Origin: an uncultured Chloroflexia bacterium
GTDB lineage: Bacteria; Chloroflexota; Limnocylindria; Limnocylindrales; CSP1-4
Reading direction: 5' to 3'
Assembly: GCA_963816135.1 (NCBI GenBank)
Contig: CAWFJD010000008.1
Span: 17,173-81,172 of the forward strand
DNA length: 64,000 nucleotides
In this document: positions 40,314 through 51,607 of the stretch, one piece after another
Layout: each line of letters opens with the position of its first letter
Position numbering within the stretch: position 1 is the stretch's first letter
Notes under the pieces: model-generated
What the model was told of the DNA's origin: nothing
The model's input: only the letters and a program-made list of their open reading frames with translations
Databases searched by the model: none
Program-made: the position numbers and the translations under genes

Positions 40314-41390
40314 ATGATCATCGTGATGTCGATGGGAGCAACCGAGGAGCAGGCGACAAATGTTCGCGACCAGCTCCGCTCATACAACCTGCAAGCCCAC
40401 GACAACTACGGGACGCAGCGTGTGGTCATCGCGGTTCTCGGAGACGTGGCTCCGGTAAGGGATGTTCTGATGGGCAAGCTTTCGGTCATGCCGGGCGTGG
40501 AATCGGTCACGCCGATCACCCGGCCCTACAAGCTCGCTTCGCGAGAGTCGCATCCCGAAGACACCGTCATCGAAGTCCTGGGTAAACGGATCGGCAACGG
40601 GACGCTGACCATCATGGCCGGACCTTGCTCCATCGAAGGCCGGGACATGATGATCGAGACCGCAAGGGCGGTGGCCGCGGCCGGAGCGACGGTGCTGCGC
40701 GGCGGCGCGTTCAAGCCACGCACCAGCCCTTACTCATTCCAGGGATTGGGTGTCGAGGGGCTCAAGTACCTCGCCGAGGCGAGCAAGGAGACGGGCCTGC
40801 CCACCATCACCGAAGTGATGGAACCCGGCCAGGTCGAGGTCGTGGCGCGCCACGCGGACATCCTTCAGGTGGGCACCCGGAACATGCAGAACTACTCGCT
40901 GCTGACGGCGGTGGGCAAGGCGGGCCGGCCGGTGATGCTCAAGCGCGGTTACGGAGCCACGATCGAGGAGTGGCTCATGGCGGCCGAGTACATCGTCTCG
41001 TCGGGCAACCCGCACGTGATCCTGTGCGAGCGGGGCATCCGGACCTTCGAGACGTACACCCGAAACACGCTGGACCTGACGGCCGTGCCGCTTCTCCACC
41101 ACCTGACCCATCTGCCCGTCATCGTGGACCCGAGCCATGCCACCGGGAAGCGCTGGCTGGTCAAGCCCATGGCCCTCGCGGCCGTGGCCGCCGGGGCCGA
41201 CGGGATCATGGTCGAGGTCCATCCCGACCCGGACCAGGCCCGCTCCGACGGCGAGCAGTCGCTCACCTTCGACCAGTTCGGCGACATGGCCCATGCCCTG
41301 TTCAAGATCCACGAAGAAGTCCGCACCCTGATCAAGGACCCGTTCGCGATGACCGGCCCCGTCGCCGTGGACGGCGCGAGCAAGCACTAG
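40314..41390 (+). CDS. aroF: DAHP synthase type I-beta with N-terminal ACT/ferredoxin-like regulatory domain
   Basis: [45 protein letters not shown]. Confidence 0.96.
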   Translation: MIIVMSMGATEEQATNVRDQLRSYNLQAHDNYGTQRVVIAVLGDVAPVRDVLMGKLSVMPGVESVTPITRPYKLASRESHPEDTVIEVLGKRIGNGTLTIMAGPCSIEGRDMMIETARAVAAAGATVLRGGAFKPRTSPYSFQGLGVEGLKYLAEASKETGLPTITEVMEPGQVEVVARHADILQVGTRNMQNYSLLTAVGKAGRPVMLKRGYGATIEEWLMAAEYIVSSGNPHVILCERGIRTFETYTRNTLDLTAVPLLHHLTHLPVIVDPSHATGKRWLVKPMALAAVAAGADGIMVEVHPDPDQARSDGEQSLTFDQFGDMAHALFKIHEEVRTLIKDPFAMTGPVAVDGASKH

Positions 41391-41393
41391 ACG

Positions 41394-42764
41394 ATGATCG
41401 CGCCGCAGCTCGCCGGGGAGGGGTCCCGGACTGTACTGCCCGCCATGCGCCTGCGTGGCGAGCCGCGCCTGCCCGGCGACAAGTCGATCTCGCATCGGGC
41501 CCTGGTCCTGTCCGCCCTGGCGGAGGGCGAGTGCCTCATCACCGGTGCCGGGGATGGGCGCGACGTCCAGGCCACGGCGGCGATCGTCGCCGCGCTGGGG
41601 GCGCGCGTGGAGCGGCTCGGCGAGGATGGCTTGAACGTGGATTACCGGGTCTCGTCGCCCGGGCGGGCAGGACTCCACGAGGCCGAAGGGATCCTCGATT
41701 GCCGCAACTCCGGCACGAGCCTGCGGCTGTGCGCGGGCCTGCTCGCCGGACTGCCGTTCATGTCGGTACTGGACGGCGACGCTTCATTGCGGACCCGTCC
41801 GGTGGCCCGTATCATCGAACCGCTGCGCTCGATGGGCGCGGCTTTGTTTGGGCGGCGATCGGACTCCCTCCCTCCACTCGTGGTGATAGGCCGTTCCCCG
41901 CTGGCAGGCATCGACTACGCGACCAGAGTGCCGAGCGCCCAGGTCAAGTCGGCGATCCTGCTCGCGGGCCTGAACGCGGAGGGGCCCACAACCGTGCGCG
42001 AGGCCGTGGCCACGCGCGACCATACCGAGCGGATGCTGCGATCCCGCGGGGTTGCCGTACGCCGAGGAGCCAGCGCGGGAGGCGAGTCAGTGTCCTGGAC
42101 GATCGACGGTGGAGCGCGGCTCGAACCCGTGAATGAACGGGTTCCGGCCGATCCTTCCGCTGCCGCGTTCTGGCTCGTCGCGGGCGCCGTCCATGCCGAC
42201 GCCGAGATCACACTCCGGGCCGTTGGCGTCAATCCCACCCGCCGGGCGGCCATCGATCTGCTGCTCCGAATGGGGGCCCGGATCGAAGAGACGTCCGTTG
42301 GACCGGCTGTCGCCTCCGTGGCGGGCAGCGAGGCGGGCGAGCCGCTTGCGGACCTGATAGTCCGGTCCAGCGAGCTGCCGCGATAGACCTCGGTCCTGTG
42401 GACGTGGCGGCCGCGATCGACGAGATTCCAATCCTCTGCCTGGCCGCGACGCAGGCTCGCGGCCGGACTACGATTCGAGGCGCCGGCGAGCTTCGGAACA
42501 AGGAATCCGATCGCATCGCCGGTATCGTCGAAGGCCTGCGAGAAATGGGAGCTCGCATCCGACGTCGACGGCGACGACATTTCGATAGACGGTCCTACTC
42601 CGCTCGTCGGCGCCGCGACCCGGACGTTCGACGATCACCGCCTGGCGATGACTTTCGCGATCGCCGGCTTAATTGCGTCGGGCTCGACGTCGATCGACGG
42701 CGCGGACAGCGCGTCAGTCTCGTACCCGGGCTTCTTCGCAGAGATGGAAAGGCTCCGAGCATGA
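41394..42764 (+). CDS. aroA: EPSP synthase (indels near 42385 and 42560)
   Basis: [52 protein letters not shown]. Confidence 0.94.
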
Positions 42765-43702
42765 CCCACCGTGTCGTCCTGATCGGCCATCCGGTCGCCC
42801 ACTCCTTCTCCGCCGCGATGCAGCAGGCTGCGTTCGACGCCCAAGGAATCGACGCTCGATACGAGCTGTGGGATCGGCGGCCCATGGACCTCGCGGCCGC
42901 GATCAACGAGCTGCGAGGCGAGGAATTCCTCGGCGCCAACATCACGATCCCCCATAAGGAGCACGCGGTTCCGCTGGTGGACCGCTTGACCGAAGAGGCC
43001 CAGGCCACGGGCGCGGTCAACGTGATCTCGCGAGACGGCAAGAAGCTGGTCGGCCACAACACCGACGTGCCCGGCTTCAAGGTTGCCCTGGACAAGCTCG
43101 TCGGACGCCAGAAGATGCCCCGCTACGGCGTGGTGCTGGGCGCCGGAGGCGCCGCCCGGGCAGTCGTCTACGCGCTCATCACCGAAGGCTTCCAGCGCAT
43201 CGTCATCTTCAACCGGCATCTCCATCGCGGCGAGGCCCTGGTCCGCCACTTCAACAAGAGCGCCGCCCACATGGACCTGCGCGCCATGCCGTGGCACGAG
43301 TCGGTCCTGGAAGCGGAGCTCTCCAAGACGAAGCTCCTGGTCAATGCCACCGCGCTCGGCCTGGTAGCCGGCGAAAGCCCCATCCCGGCGGATCTGCTGC
43401 CGCCGGATCTCATGGTCATGGACCTCATCTACAACCCGACGCAAACGCAACTCCTCAAGGACGCGCTGGCCGCCCGCGACACGGTGCTCGGCGGCGAGCT
43501 GATGCTCCTCCAGCAAGGGGCGCGGGCGTTCGAGTTGTGGACGGGCAAGCCCGCGCCGATCGACGTCATGCAAGTCGAGCTCGAGCGCGTCCGCGAACAT
43601 GGACTCCAGCAGGTCCCGATCGACATGGGCGCTGCCGGCAACGGCACGTCCGGAGTCGTCGCACCGCCGGCCGAGCCCGCCGCGCCCGGCGCGGCCTCCT
43701 AA
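42761..43702 (+). CDS. aroE: Shikimate dehydrogenase
   Basis: [35 protein letters not shown]; ATGA overlap with aroA. Confidence 0.93.
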   Translation: MTHRVVLIGHPVAHSFSAAMQQAAFDAQGIDARYELWDRRPMDLAAAINELRGEEFLGANITIPHKEHAVPLVDRLTEEAQATGAVNVISRDGKKLVGHNTDVPGFKVALDKLVGRQKMPRYGVVLGAGGAARAVVYALITEGFQRIVIFNRHLHRGEALVRHFNKSAAHMDLRAMPWHESVLEAELSKTKLLVNATALGLVAGESPIPADLLPPDLMVMDLIYNPTQTQLLKDALAARDTVLGGELMLLQQGARAFELWTGKPAPIDVMQVELERVREHGLQQVPIDMGAAGNGTSGVVAPPAEPAAPGAAS

Positions 43703-43712
43703 GACCGCGGAA

Positions 43713-45037
43713 ATGGGCCGCCTCCGATTCCTGACCGCGGGTGAGTCGCACGGACCCGCACTCGCGGCCACGATCGAAGGGGTGCCCGCGGGCCTGCGCG
43801 TCACCGCCGAAGCGATCGAAACGGACCTTGCGCGGAGGCAGCGCGGTTACGGCCGCGGTGCCCGGAGCACGTCGATCGAGCATGACCGCGCCGAGATCCT
43901 CTCCGGGGTTCGCCACGGGTTGGCCCTGGGCTCGCCGATCCTCCTCCTGATCCGCAACCGCGATTGGGAGAACTGGACACGGGTGATGCAGGTCGAACCG
44001 CTGACCGATGAGCAAGCGGCCGAGCTGGCTGCCCTGGCAGCGGGTGGCGACAAGCGCGCGGCGCCGATCACGAGGTTGCGAGCCGGCCACGCGGACCTGG
44101 CCGGGGCCGTGAAGTACGGCTTCGACGACGTCAGAAACGTCCTGGAACGGGCCTCCGCTCGCGAGACGGCCGCTCGGGTGGCCGCGGGTGCGGTGGCTCG
44201 GGCCTTCCTCGCCGAGTTCGGCATCGACGTCTGGTCACATACCACCGCCGATCGGTCCGGTGTCCGCCGAGCGCGAGCTCGAAACGCGGTCACGCCAGGA
44301 GGCCGAGGCGAGTCCATTGCGCTGCCTGGACGCCGCCGCGGAGCAATCGATGATCGAGTGCATCGATCGAAGCCCGCTCCTCGGGCGACACGGTCGGCGG
44401 CGTCTTCGAGGTGGTGGCGACCGGCGTGCCGATGGGCCTCGGCAGCTACGTCCAGTGGGATCGCCGTCTCGACGCGGCCCTCGCCGCCGCGGTGATGAGC
44501 ATCCCGATCGTCAAGGGCGTGGAGTTCGGGCTCGGGTTCGAGCAGACGCGCCATTTCGGCTCTCAGGTGATGGACGTCATCGAGGGCCGGGACGGGCCCG
44601 ACTGGCGGCGAGCCTCCAACAACGCGGGCGGCCTCGAGGGCGGCATGTCCAACGGCCAGCCGATCGTCGTGCGCGGCGCCGTCAAGCCGATCTCGACACT
44701 CCCCCGGCCGTTGCCGTCCGCGGACCTGCTCACGGGCGAGCCCGTCGAGAAGGCCCATTACGAGCGCAGCGACATCAGCGTCGTGCCCGCCACCGGCGTC
44801 GTGGCAGAGGCCATGGTTTGCCTGACCCTCGCGGACTTCCTCCTCGACAAGTTCGGCGGGGACTCCATGGCGGCCGTGGTCGAGGCGGTGGAGCGCGACC
44901 GACGCCGGGTTGCCGCCGGAGCCGCAGGAGCTGCCGGAGCCGCAGGAGCCGCCGGAGCCGCCGGAGGCCCAAGCGCCGCCTCAGCGACGCGGGATCGCCC
45001 AGGCTCGCCCGTCGCCATTCCGGCCGAGGGCGAGTAG
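43713..45037 (+). CDS. aroC: Chorismate synthase (indels near 44250 and 44375)
   Basis: [53 protein letters not shown]. Confidence 0.94.
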
Positions 45038-45039
45038 CC

Positions 45040-46695
45040 ATGGACGTCGTTCTCGTTGGGCTTCCGGGCAGCGGCAAGAGCGCCGTGGGGCGCCGCCTGG
45101 CGACGCGTCACCACGCCCAGTTCATCGATCTCGACGAAGTCATCGAGCGGCGGGCCGGCAAGACCGTATCCGCCATCTTCGCCAGTGAAGGCGAGCCCGG
45201 GTTCCGGCGCCACGAACACGAGGCGGTCCTCTCGCTCGGACCAGCGGACCCGGAACCGGAAGTGCGGCGCGTCATCGCCACGGGCGGCGGCGCCGTCATC
45301 GACCCGCGAAATCGCTGGCTGCCTGTATCGCGGCCGCTTCCCGGTCTGGCTCGACGGCGCTCCGGAGCTCCTCGCCAGCCGCCTCGAGTCGGAGCGCCAA
45401 CGTGCGGCCGCTCGTGGCCGGCAGCGATCCACTCGGCTCGCTCCGCGAGCTGGCCGCGGAACGGCGCCGCTTCTACTCCCCTGCCCTCCAGATCAGCGGC
45501 GCCGCGCAGATCGACGCGATCCTCCGCGCCCTGGACCAGCGAATCGGCGAGGGGGTCTCGGACGGGGCCACTCTCTTGCGGGCGGACACGCCGATCGGCC
45601 GCGTGGAAATCGGCCACGGGATCGCGGCCACGGCCGTGGAATCGGCACTCACCCGGGCGGAAGCGTCGGCGGGCAATCCTGATCGCGGAACCGCAGACGT
45701 GGGAGGTGGCCGGCAGCGGGATCGCGGCGTCCCTCTCGTCCGCCGGCTGGCAGGTCGAACGGATACTCCTGCCCCGCGGCGAGGACGCGAAGCGGATGGC
45801 GGTCGTCGAGTGGACCTGCAGCGAGCTCGCGAAGCTCGAGGTGGATCGGGGCGAGACGCTGGTCGCGATCGGCGGCGGCGCCCTCACCGACGCGGCCGGA
45901 TTTGCCGCCGCCACGTACCTTCGCGGAATCCCGATCGTCAACGTGCCCACGACGCTGGTCGGCCAGATCGACGCGGCGCTCGGCGGCAAGACCGCGGTGG
46001 ACATCCCCGAGGGTAAGAACCTGATTGGCGCATTCCATCAGCCGGCGGCATTCATCGCCGACACTGCCTTTCTCCGGACGCTGCCTGCCCGCGAGCGCCG
46101 AGCCGCCCTCGCCGAGGTGGTCAAGATGGCCGCACTCGGCGACGAGCGCCTCCTCGACCTCGTCGAAGCTGAGGGTGAAGCCTTCGCCAATGGCAGCGAC
46201 GACCCGATCGACTCGGGCGCGGCCGCGGAGATGGTCGAGCGCTGCGCCTGGGCCAAGGTGGCAGTCGTCGTGGTGGATGAGCACGACGTCGGCGTCCGGA
46301 GGACCCTGAACCTGGGCCACACCCTGGGCCACGCGATAGAGGCCGCGGCCGGTTACAAGGACCTGCTGCACGGCGAGGCGATCGGCTACGGCCTCCGGGG
46401 AGCCTTCGCGATCTCGCTGGCGATGGGACTCACCAGCCGCGAGCGATCGCACCGGTTCAACACCCTGCTGGACCGTCTGGGCCTGGGCATCGAGCCGCCG
46501 GGCCTCGAGCAGGACGCCGTCCTCGAGCGGATGGCCCGAGACAAGAAGCACGCGCTGGGCAAGCTCAGCTGGATCCTGCCCACGGCGAACGGAGTGGAGA
46601 TCCACAACGACGTTCCGCCCGCGGCAGTGGAGTTCGGCCTCATGGCGGCTCTGCGGTTCAGCGGAGAGCACCGCCCCACCGGGGAGCCCGTCTGA
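45040..46695 (+). CDS. aroKB: Fused shikimate kinase / 3-dehydroquinate synthase (AroK-AroB; indels)
   Basis: GLPGSGKS, DLDE, GEPGFR, ATGGG, then GGGALTD, LRGI, PTTL, GGKT, KNLIGAF, LNLGHTLGH, LLHGEA; no start/stop junction evident between the domains. Confidence 0.85.
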   Translation: MDVVLVGLPGSGKSAVGRRLATRHHAQFIDLDEVIERRAGKTVSAIFASEGEPGFRRHEHEAVLSLGPADPEPEVRRVIATGGGAVIDPRNRWLPVSRPLPGLARRRSGAPRQPPRVGAPTCGRSWPAAIHSARSASWPRNGAASTPLPSRSAAPRRSTRSSAPWTSESARGSRTGPLSCGRTRRSAAWKSATGSRPRPWNRHSPGRKRRRAILIAEPQTWEVAGSGIAASLSSAGWQVERILLPRGEDAKRMAVVEWTCSELAKLEVDRGETLVAIGGGALTDAAGFAAATYLRGIPIVNVPTTLVGQIDAALGGKTAVDIPEGKNLIGAFHQPAAFIADTAFLRTLPARERRAALAEVVKMAALGDERLLDLVEAEGEAFANGSDDPIDSGAAAEMVERCAWAKVAVVVVDEHDVGVRRTLNLGHTLGHAIEAAAGYKDLLHGEAIGYGLRGAFAISLAMGLTSRERSHRFNTLLDRLGLGIEPPGLEQDAVLERMARDKKHALGKLSWILPTANGVEIHNDVPPAAVEFGLMAALRFSGEHRPTGEPV

Positions 46696-46696
46696 C

Positions 46697-47155
46697 GTGA
46701 TCACAGTCCTGGTCCTCAACGGACCCAACCTGAACCTTCTCGGAACCCGCGAGCCGGAGATCTACGGGCGGACCACGCTCGCCGAGATAGAAGCCGGGCT
46801 GCGCGCTCGGGCGGCCGAGCTGGGACTCGGGATCGACTGCTACCAGTCCAACCACGAAGGAGCGCTGATCGATCGGCTGCAGCGCCGGGACTTCGATTGG
46901 GCGATCGTCAACGCCGGCGGCCTGACCCACACGAGCGTGTCTCTCCGCGACGCCCTCAAGGGCATCGACGTGCCCTTCATCGAGGTCCATATCTCGGACC
47001 CTGACACGCGCGAGCCGTTCCGGCGGGTCAACTACCTTCGGGACATCGCAGCGGCGAGCATCGCCGGCAAAGGGCCGGCCGGCTACACCATGGCTCTCGA
47101 CGAAATCGCCCGCCGAGCTGCCCTCCCGAGCTCCGGCCCGGGGAAACCCGCATGA
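46697..47155 (+). CDS. aroQ: Type II 3-dehydroquinate dehydratase
   Basis: LNGPNLNLLGTREPEIYG, QSNHEG, THTSVSLRDA, EVHIS. Confidence 0.96.
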   Translation: MITVLVLNGPNLNLLGTREPEIYGRTTLAEIEAGLRARAAELGLGIDCYQSNHEGALIDRLQRRDFDWAIVNAGGLTHTSVSLRDALKGIDVPFIEVHISDPDTREPFRRVNYLRDIAAASIAGKGPAGYTMALDEIARRAALPSSGPGKPA

Positions 47156-47436
47156 CGGACGACCTCGACGCCCTTCGAAACCAGATCGACTCCCTCGACC
47201 GGGAGATCGTCCGTCTCCTCAACGACCGGGCCCGTCTCGGCCTGGCCGCGGGCAAAGTCAAAGCTCAGTCGGGCAGGCCGATCGCGGACCAGGACCGTGA
47301 GCGCGAAGTCCTCGTCCGCGTCGCCATGGCCAACAACGGCCCGCTTCCGCAGGATGCGCTGCTGACGCTGTATCGCGATCTGATCGAGACCATCAAGCGT
47401 CTCGAAGAACTCGAGAAGTCCGGCAATACTGCCTAG
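47152..47436 (+). CDS. Chorismate mutase, AroQ class, monofunctional
   Basis: LDALRNQIDSLDREIVRLLNDR, K...DQDRE; position at the end of the aro operon. Confidence 0.9.
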   Translation: MTDDLDALRNQIDSLDREIVRLLNDRARLGLAAGKVKAQSGRPIADQDREREVLVRVAMANNGPLPQDALLTLYRDLIETIKRLEELEKSGNTA

Positions 47437-47460
47437 CCGGGCCACAAGGAGGCGGTCGAG

Positions 47461-47649
47461 ATGAGCCAACGGGCGCCGAACGTCCAACAGCCAGGGGATC
47501 CCCGTCCGAGCCGCCGCAACGCGCGGACCTTCACCGTCGCGGGGCTCCTCGCCGTGTTCATCGTCGCCGTAGTAGCGGTTCTCGCGAGCAAGCTCGTCCC
47601 CGGCCGCTTTACGGAGTACGCCGAGCGAGTGCGCCGTCGGGTTCGCTGA
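47461..47649 (+). CDS. Small single-TM hypothetical protein (62 aa)
   Basis: AAGGAGG RBS; TM VAGLLAVFIVAVVAVLA; basic tail. Confidence 0.6.
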   Translation: MSQRAPNVQQPGDPRPSRRNARTFTVAGLLAVFIVAVVAVLASKLVPGRFTEYAERVRRRVR

Positions 47650-47818
47650 CGTTCCTCGGCAGCGGCGAGTAGCCACGGGCCGCGTGCTCGTCCCACCTTC
47701 CGCGACGAATTCTGGATATGGCGCACCTGACGGAGAAACCGGTGCTGCGAGGTCGCGGGCTTCTACCCTCCCGCGCAGGCCGGGCCCTGTGTTGGTCGGC
47801 TTTGCGAGAGGTGCCGCC

Positions 47819-48193
47819 ATGCTCGATTCCGCGATGCTCGTGACGACGATCGCCGTCGATGACCTCGAAACCGCCCGTCACTTCTACGCCGATCTGCTCC
47901 GATTGCCTCTGCTCGACGAGTCGCCATTCGCCCTCCGTTTCGGGTGCGGGAGCGGCCAGGTCTCCGTTCGCAAGGGCAAGCCGAACGTAGGCCAGACCGT
48001 CGGACATTTCGAAGTCGCCAATCTCGACGAGACGATGCGCGAGCTCTCGAGCCACGGGGTCAAGTTCGAGGAGTACGAGGCTCCCAAGACCGTCAACTTC
48101 GTGGCGCAGATAGGACCCGCTAGAGGGGCCTGGTTCCAGGATCCTTCGGGGAACGTCCTCGGCTTGCGAGAAGGGCCCGTCCCGGGCCGATAG
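47819..48193 (+). CDS. VOC/glyoxalase family protein
   Basis: IAVDDLETARHFYADLL, FEVANLD...GVKFEEY, AWFQDPSGNVL. Confidence 0.85.
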   Translation: MLDSAMLVTTIAVDDLETARHFYADLLRLPLLDESPFALRFGCGSGQVSVRKGKPNVGQTVGHFEVANLDETMRELSSHGVKFEEYEAPKTVNFVAQIGPARGAWFQDPSGNVLGLREGPVPGR

Positions 48194-48270
48194 CGGGCGC
48201 GAGGCGCAGCCGGCGACGACACCAGATCGCGACCTTACGAAGTCACTCGTTCCGCCGACAACTATGGGGA

Positions 48271-50397
48271 ATGAGTGCAGCTGCTGTATCCAGGGGAATT
48301 CGCTCGGGGTGGGCACGATTGCGGCTGCTCGCCGCGCGTTCACGCCGGTCACCCGCTCAGATCGCGTCGAGACTCGACCCCGTTCTGCTCGTCTTCCTGA
48401 TCTGGACCCTCGCCTATCTGCTCATCACCCGCGACCCGCAGCCGGTCGTGGTCGATGTCTGCGTGGCGCTGGCCGCCCTGGTGACCGTCCAACAATTGTT
48501 CACGCTGCGGCGCGCCAGGACGGCGGATCGGGCCCGCCGCAAGACGGAGGCCAGGCTTGGCTGGCTCGTCCGCAACTCCTCGGACTTCATCATGGCCGTG
48601 GACAAGACCGGCGCCCTGGACTACGTCAGCCCATCGGTGGAGCGGCTGCTCGGAAAACCGGCCATCCAGCTCATCGGCATGCCGCTGAGCTCGCTGGCTC
48701 ACCCCGACGACGCGACCGAGCTCGACGCACTCCTTTCGCGGGCGCTCAACGGACCCGGATCGAGCTTCACGGGCGAATGGCGTGTCCAGCAGGCCGACGG
48801 CGGCTGGCTCCCGGTCGAAACCGTGGCGAGCAGTGCCAGCGGCGACGTCGAGACCAAGGGCGTGGTGCTGAACACGCGCGACCTCAAGGAGCGCAAAGCG
48901 CTCGAGCAGAAGCTGACCTTCCAGGCCTTTCACGATCCGCTGACCCGGCTCGCGAACCGGAGCCTCTTCCGGGAGCGGGTCGAGCACGCCCTGGACCGGC
49001 GGCACGTGGGCGACATCGCGGTCCTGTTCATCGACCTCGATAACTTCAAAACGATCAACGACAGCCTGGGCCACGCGGCCGGCGACCACGTGCTGGTGGA
49101 GACTGCCCATCGCGTCCGCTCTACTCTCCGTGCCGAGGACACGGCCGCTCGACTCGGCGGCGACGAGTTCGCGGTCCTGCTCGAAGAAGCCGACGTCACC
49201 TGCGCGGCCAGAGTCGCCGAGCGGATTCGGGAAGCTCTGGGCACGCCGTTCTGGGTTCTCGGCCAGGAAGTCTTCGTCAGCGCGAGCATCGGCATCGCCA
49301 TGCGCGAAGACGGCGACAGCGCGGGCGACCTGCTGCGCAACGCGGACGTGGCGATGTACACGGCCAAGACCAAGGGCAAGTGCCGCTTCGAGATCTTCGA
49401 GGCGGCGATGCACGACACCGTCATGGCTCGCCTGGGCATGGAGGCCGAACTGCGCCGGGCCATCGAGCGCCATGAGTTCGTCGTCTACTACCAGCCCATC
49501 GTCCGCCTGGATACGGCCGAAGTGATCGGCGCCGAAGCGCTGGTTCGCTGGCAGCACCCCACCCGCGGGCTCGTGCCGCCCGTCGAGTTCATTCCCCTCG
49601 CCGAAGAGACCGGCCTGATCGTGCCCCTCGGCGGCTGGATCCTGCGCCAGGCCTGCCAGCAGCTCGCCGAGTGGCAGCGAATGCGCGGCGGCGGCGAGCC
49701 GTTCGTGATGAACGTCAACCTCTCGTCGCGGCAGCTCGTCCGCGACCAGATCGCCGAGGAAGTCGCGGCCGCGGTCGACGAGTCGGGCATCCGGGCGAGC
49801 TGGCTCGTCCTGGAAGTCACCGAGACGGTGCTCATGGCCGATCCTCCGGCCGCCGCCACGGCGCTGGCTCAGATCCGGGACCTGGGCGTCCGAGTCGCCC
49901 TCGACGACTTCGGCTCCGGCTACTCGTCCTTGAGCCACCTCCGGCGCTTCCCGATCGACATCGTCAAGATCGACAAATCCTTCGTGGACGACGTCGCACG
50001 GGACGGTGTGGAATCGGCCATCGCCCGGAGCATCATCGAACTCGGGCGGGCGATGAAGATCCAGACCGTCGCCGAAGGCATCGAAGCCGGCGAACAGGCG
50101 GAGCGGTTGCTCGACCTCGGTTGCGAACTCGGCCAGGGCTTCTTCTTCTCCCGGCCGCAGGACCCGGCGATGTGGCGACAGCTTCTGGAACGGACCAGCG
50201 ACTCGCCTCTCGCACCCAGGGTCGAAGACTCCGGCCTCCCCGAAGGCCTCGCGGGCATGAGTCGCACGTCCAACCCCGACCGTAAGCGCAGAGCCGGACG
50301 AACCGGCTCGGCGAAGTCGCCCGCTCCGGTTCCCGCGTCGGCCGGATCGGAGCCGGCCGGATCGCTCAAGGCTTCTCGATCCCGGGACGCCGCCTGA
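48271..50397 (+). CDS. Membrane PAS-GGDEF-EAL diguanylate cyclase/phosphodiesterase
   Basis: Two TM segments, PAS (YVSPS, HPDD), HDPLT, RLGGDEF, EALVRW, DDFGSGYSSL, KIDKSF, VAEG. Confidence 0.95.
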   Translation: MSAAAVSRGIRSGWARLRLLAARSRRSPAQIASRLDPVLLVFLIWTLAYLLITRDPQPVVVDVCVALAALVTVQQLFTLRRARTADRARRKTEARLGWLVRNSSDFIMAVDKTGALDYVSPSVERLLGKPAIQLIGMPLSSLAHPDDATELDALLSRALNGPGSSFTGEWRVQQADGGWLPVETVASSASGDVETKGVVLNTRDLKERKALEQKLTFQAFHDPLTRLANRSLFRERVEHALDRRHVGDIAVLFIDLDNFKTINDSLGHAAGDHVLVETAHRVRSTLRAEDTAARLGGDEFAVLLEEADVTCAARVAERIREALGTPFWVLGQEVFVSASIGIAMREDGDSAGDLLRNADVAMYTAKTKGKCRFEIFEAAMHDTVMARLGMEAELRRAIERHEFVVYYQPIVRLDTAEVIGAEALVRWQHPTRGLVPPVEFIPLAEETGLIVPLGGWILRQACQQLAEWQRMRGGGEPFVMNVNLSSRQLVRDQIAEEVAAAVDESGIRASWLVLEVTETVLMADPPAAATALAQIRDLGVRVALDDFGSGYSSLSHLRRFPIDIVKIDKSFVDDVARDGVESAIARSIIELGRAMKIQTVAEGIEAGEQAERLLDLGCELGQGFFFSRPQDPAMWRQLLERTSDSPLAPRVEDSGLPEGLAGMSRTSNPDRKRRAGRTGSAKSPAPVPASAGSEPAGSLKASRSRDAA

Positions 50398-50755
50398 GGG
50401 TCGGCGCTGCCACTGGATGGCTGAGGCAGGGGCCGCTGGCCGGCCGGCCGGCCCAGATTCGTGGCTCGTCGATGTGGGCGGATCCGGACGAGATTTCCGG
50501 AATACCGATGCCGGCGGTATTGCGGACACCGCTCGGCGCCGCCGCAACGCATACGTGCCTCTCGGCGGTCCTCGGAGGCGACATGGGTGCGTCAATTGCC
50601 GGCTGCACGCTTCCTGAACGGCCTCCGGGCCCAAGGAAGCCTCAAGCTCGCCCGCCGTCGCTTTGGTCGTCGACGCAACACCGCCCCCATCGGTAAACCG
50701 GCGTTCTCAGCGTTGGTTGGGCGCGCTGGCGAAGGCCTCGTCCGATCCGCGGCCT

Positions 50756-51148
50756 CTATTCGATCGCGTGGTCCCAGCGCCTGCGAAGCACGCTCGCCGA
50801 GCGCCCGTCCAGCGCCGGCCCGAGCAGCTCGACGGCCGCCGCGTCGTAGATCGCCTGAGCGGCCCCGACCCGCAGGTCCTCGAGCATCACGTCGGCGGCC
50901 CGAATGTCGGGCGCGTATATGCCGGCCCCCGCACCCCCGGCCGTGGCCCAGTTCATGATCTCGCTCTTGAGGCGGTCCAGTTCCGCCGTCCTGCCCTTGC
51001 GCCCCGCCACGCGCCGGGCCACCGATCTTGCGACTTCGAGCTCGTCGAACTCGCGGCCGGACGTTCTTACGCTCAGCGCCAGGAGGCCGCCCTTGTCGAG
51101 ATCGGCCACCTGCTCGAAGAAGTGCCCCAATCCAATGTTGTCCGACAC
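50756..51148 (-). CDS. Hypothetical protein (130 aa)
   Basis: GAGGGAGGA RBS, GTG start, coding-like composition. Confidence 0.6.
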   Translation of the reverse strand: MSDNIGLGHFFEQVADLDKGGLLALSVRTSGREFDELEVARSVARRVAGRKGRTAELDRLKSEIMNWATAGGAGAGIYAPDIRAADVMLEDLRVGAAQAIYDAAAVELLGPALDGRSASVLRRRWDHAIE

Positions 51149-51371
51149 TCAGTCCTCCCTCAATACCCACTCCGAACGGATCCCACCTCGGGGTCGAAGA
51201 ACTCTTCAGCGGAGCGTGGCGATGCCATCGACGCGTGTCAATGACGACGGCGCCGGAGTGGCCGATATCGGCCCGTCGCCGCGCGCCCGCCGGCTCCTCG
51301 CACCGTGAGCACCGCGCTGTAAGCCCGCGTCGGCCGGCCCGCTGCCCGTTTCTCCGAGATACGCATGCCTG

Positions 51372-51552
51372 TGGTGGTAAGTGACAACGGCAGCAGACCT
51401 GAGGTCGCCATCCAGCTAACCAAGGCCACGCAAAGCGATCCTGGCGCTGTCGTCAGCCGAAAACGGCTAACAGAAGGCAGGCTAACGTCCGATCCGACCC
51501 ATCGGCGGCCCCGCGGACCTCAGGGCCGGGAACCGGGTTCCACTTACCACCA
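51372..51552 (-). ncRNA. Candidate structured non-coding RNA or MITE-like element, about 180 nt
   Basis: Perfect 12-bp terminal inverted repeat, nested 9-bp inverted repeat and internal hairpins; G-U pairs favour the minus strand. Confidence 0.5.
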
Positions 51553-51607
51553 TCCCCATTGGTAGACCGGACTTATGAGACCGAGCGCCGGCGCGGACCG
51601 GCTACGG

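Noticed and set aside
44912-44967. 9-bp repeat (AAG peptide) in the AroC tail
   Set aside because: Simple low-complexity slippage with no evident function.
42398-46695. AroA-AroE and AroC-AroK fusions (AROM-like) suggested by the ORF track
   Set aside because: aroA ends at a TGA overlapping the aroE ATG (42761-42764), and aroC ends at 45037 before the ATG at 45040; the joins come from indels.
51372-51552. Retron msr-msd (a1/a2 inverted repeats)
   Set aside because: No reverse transcriptase gene nearby.
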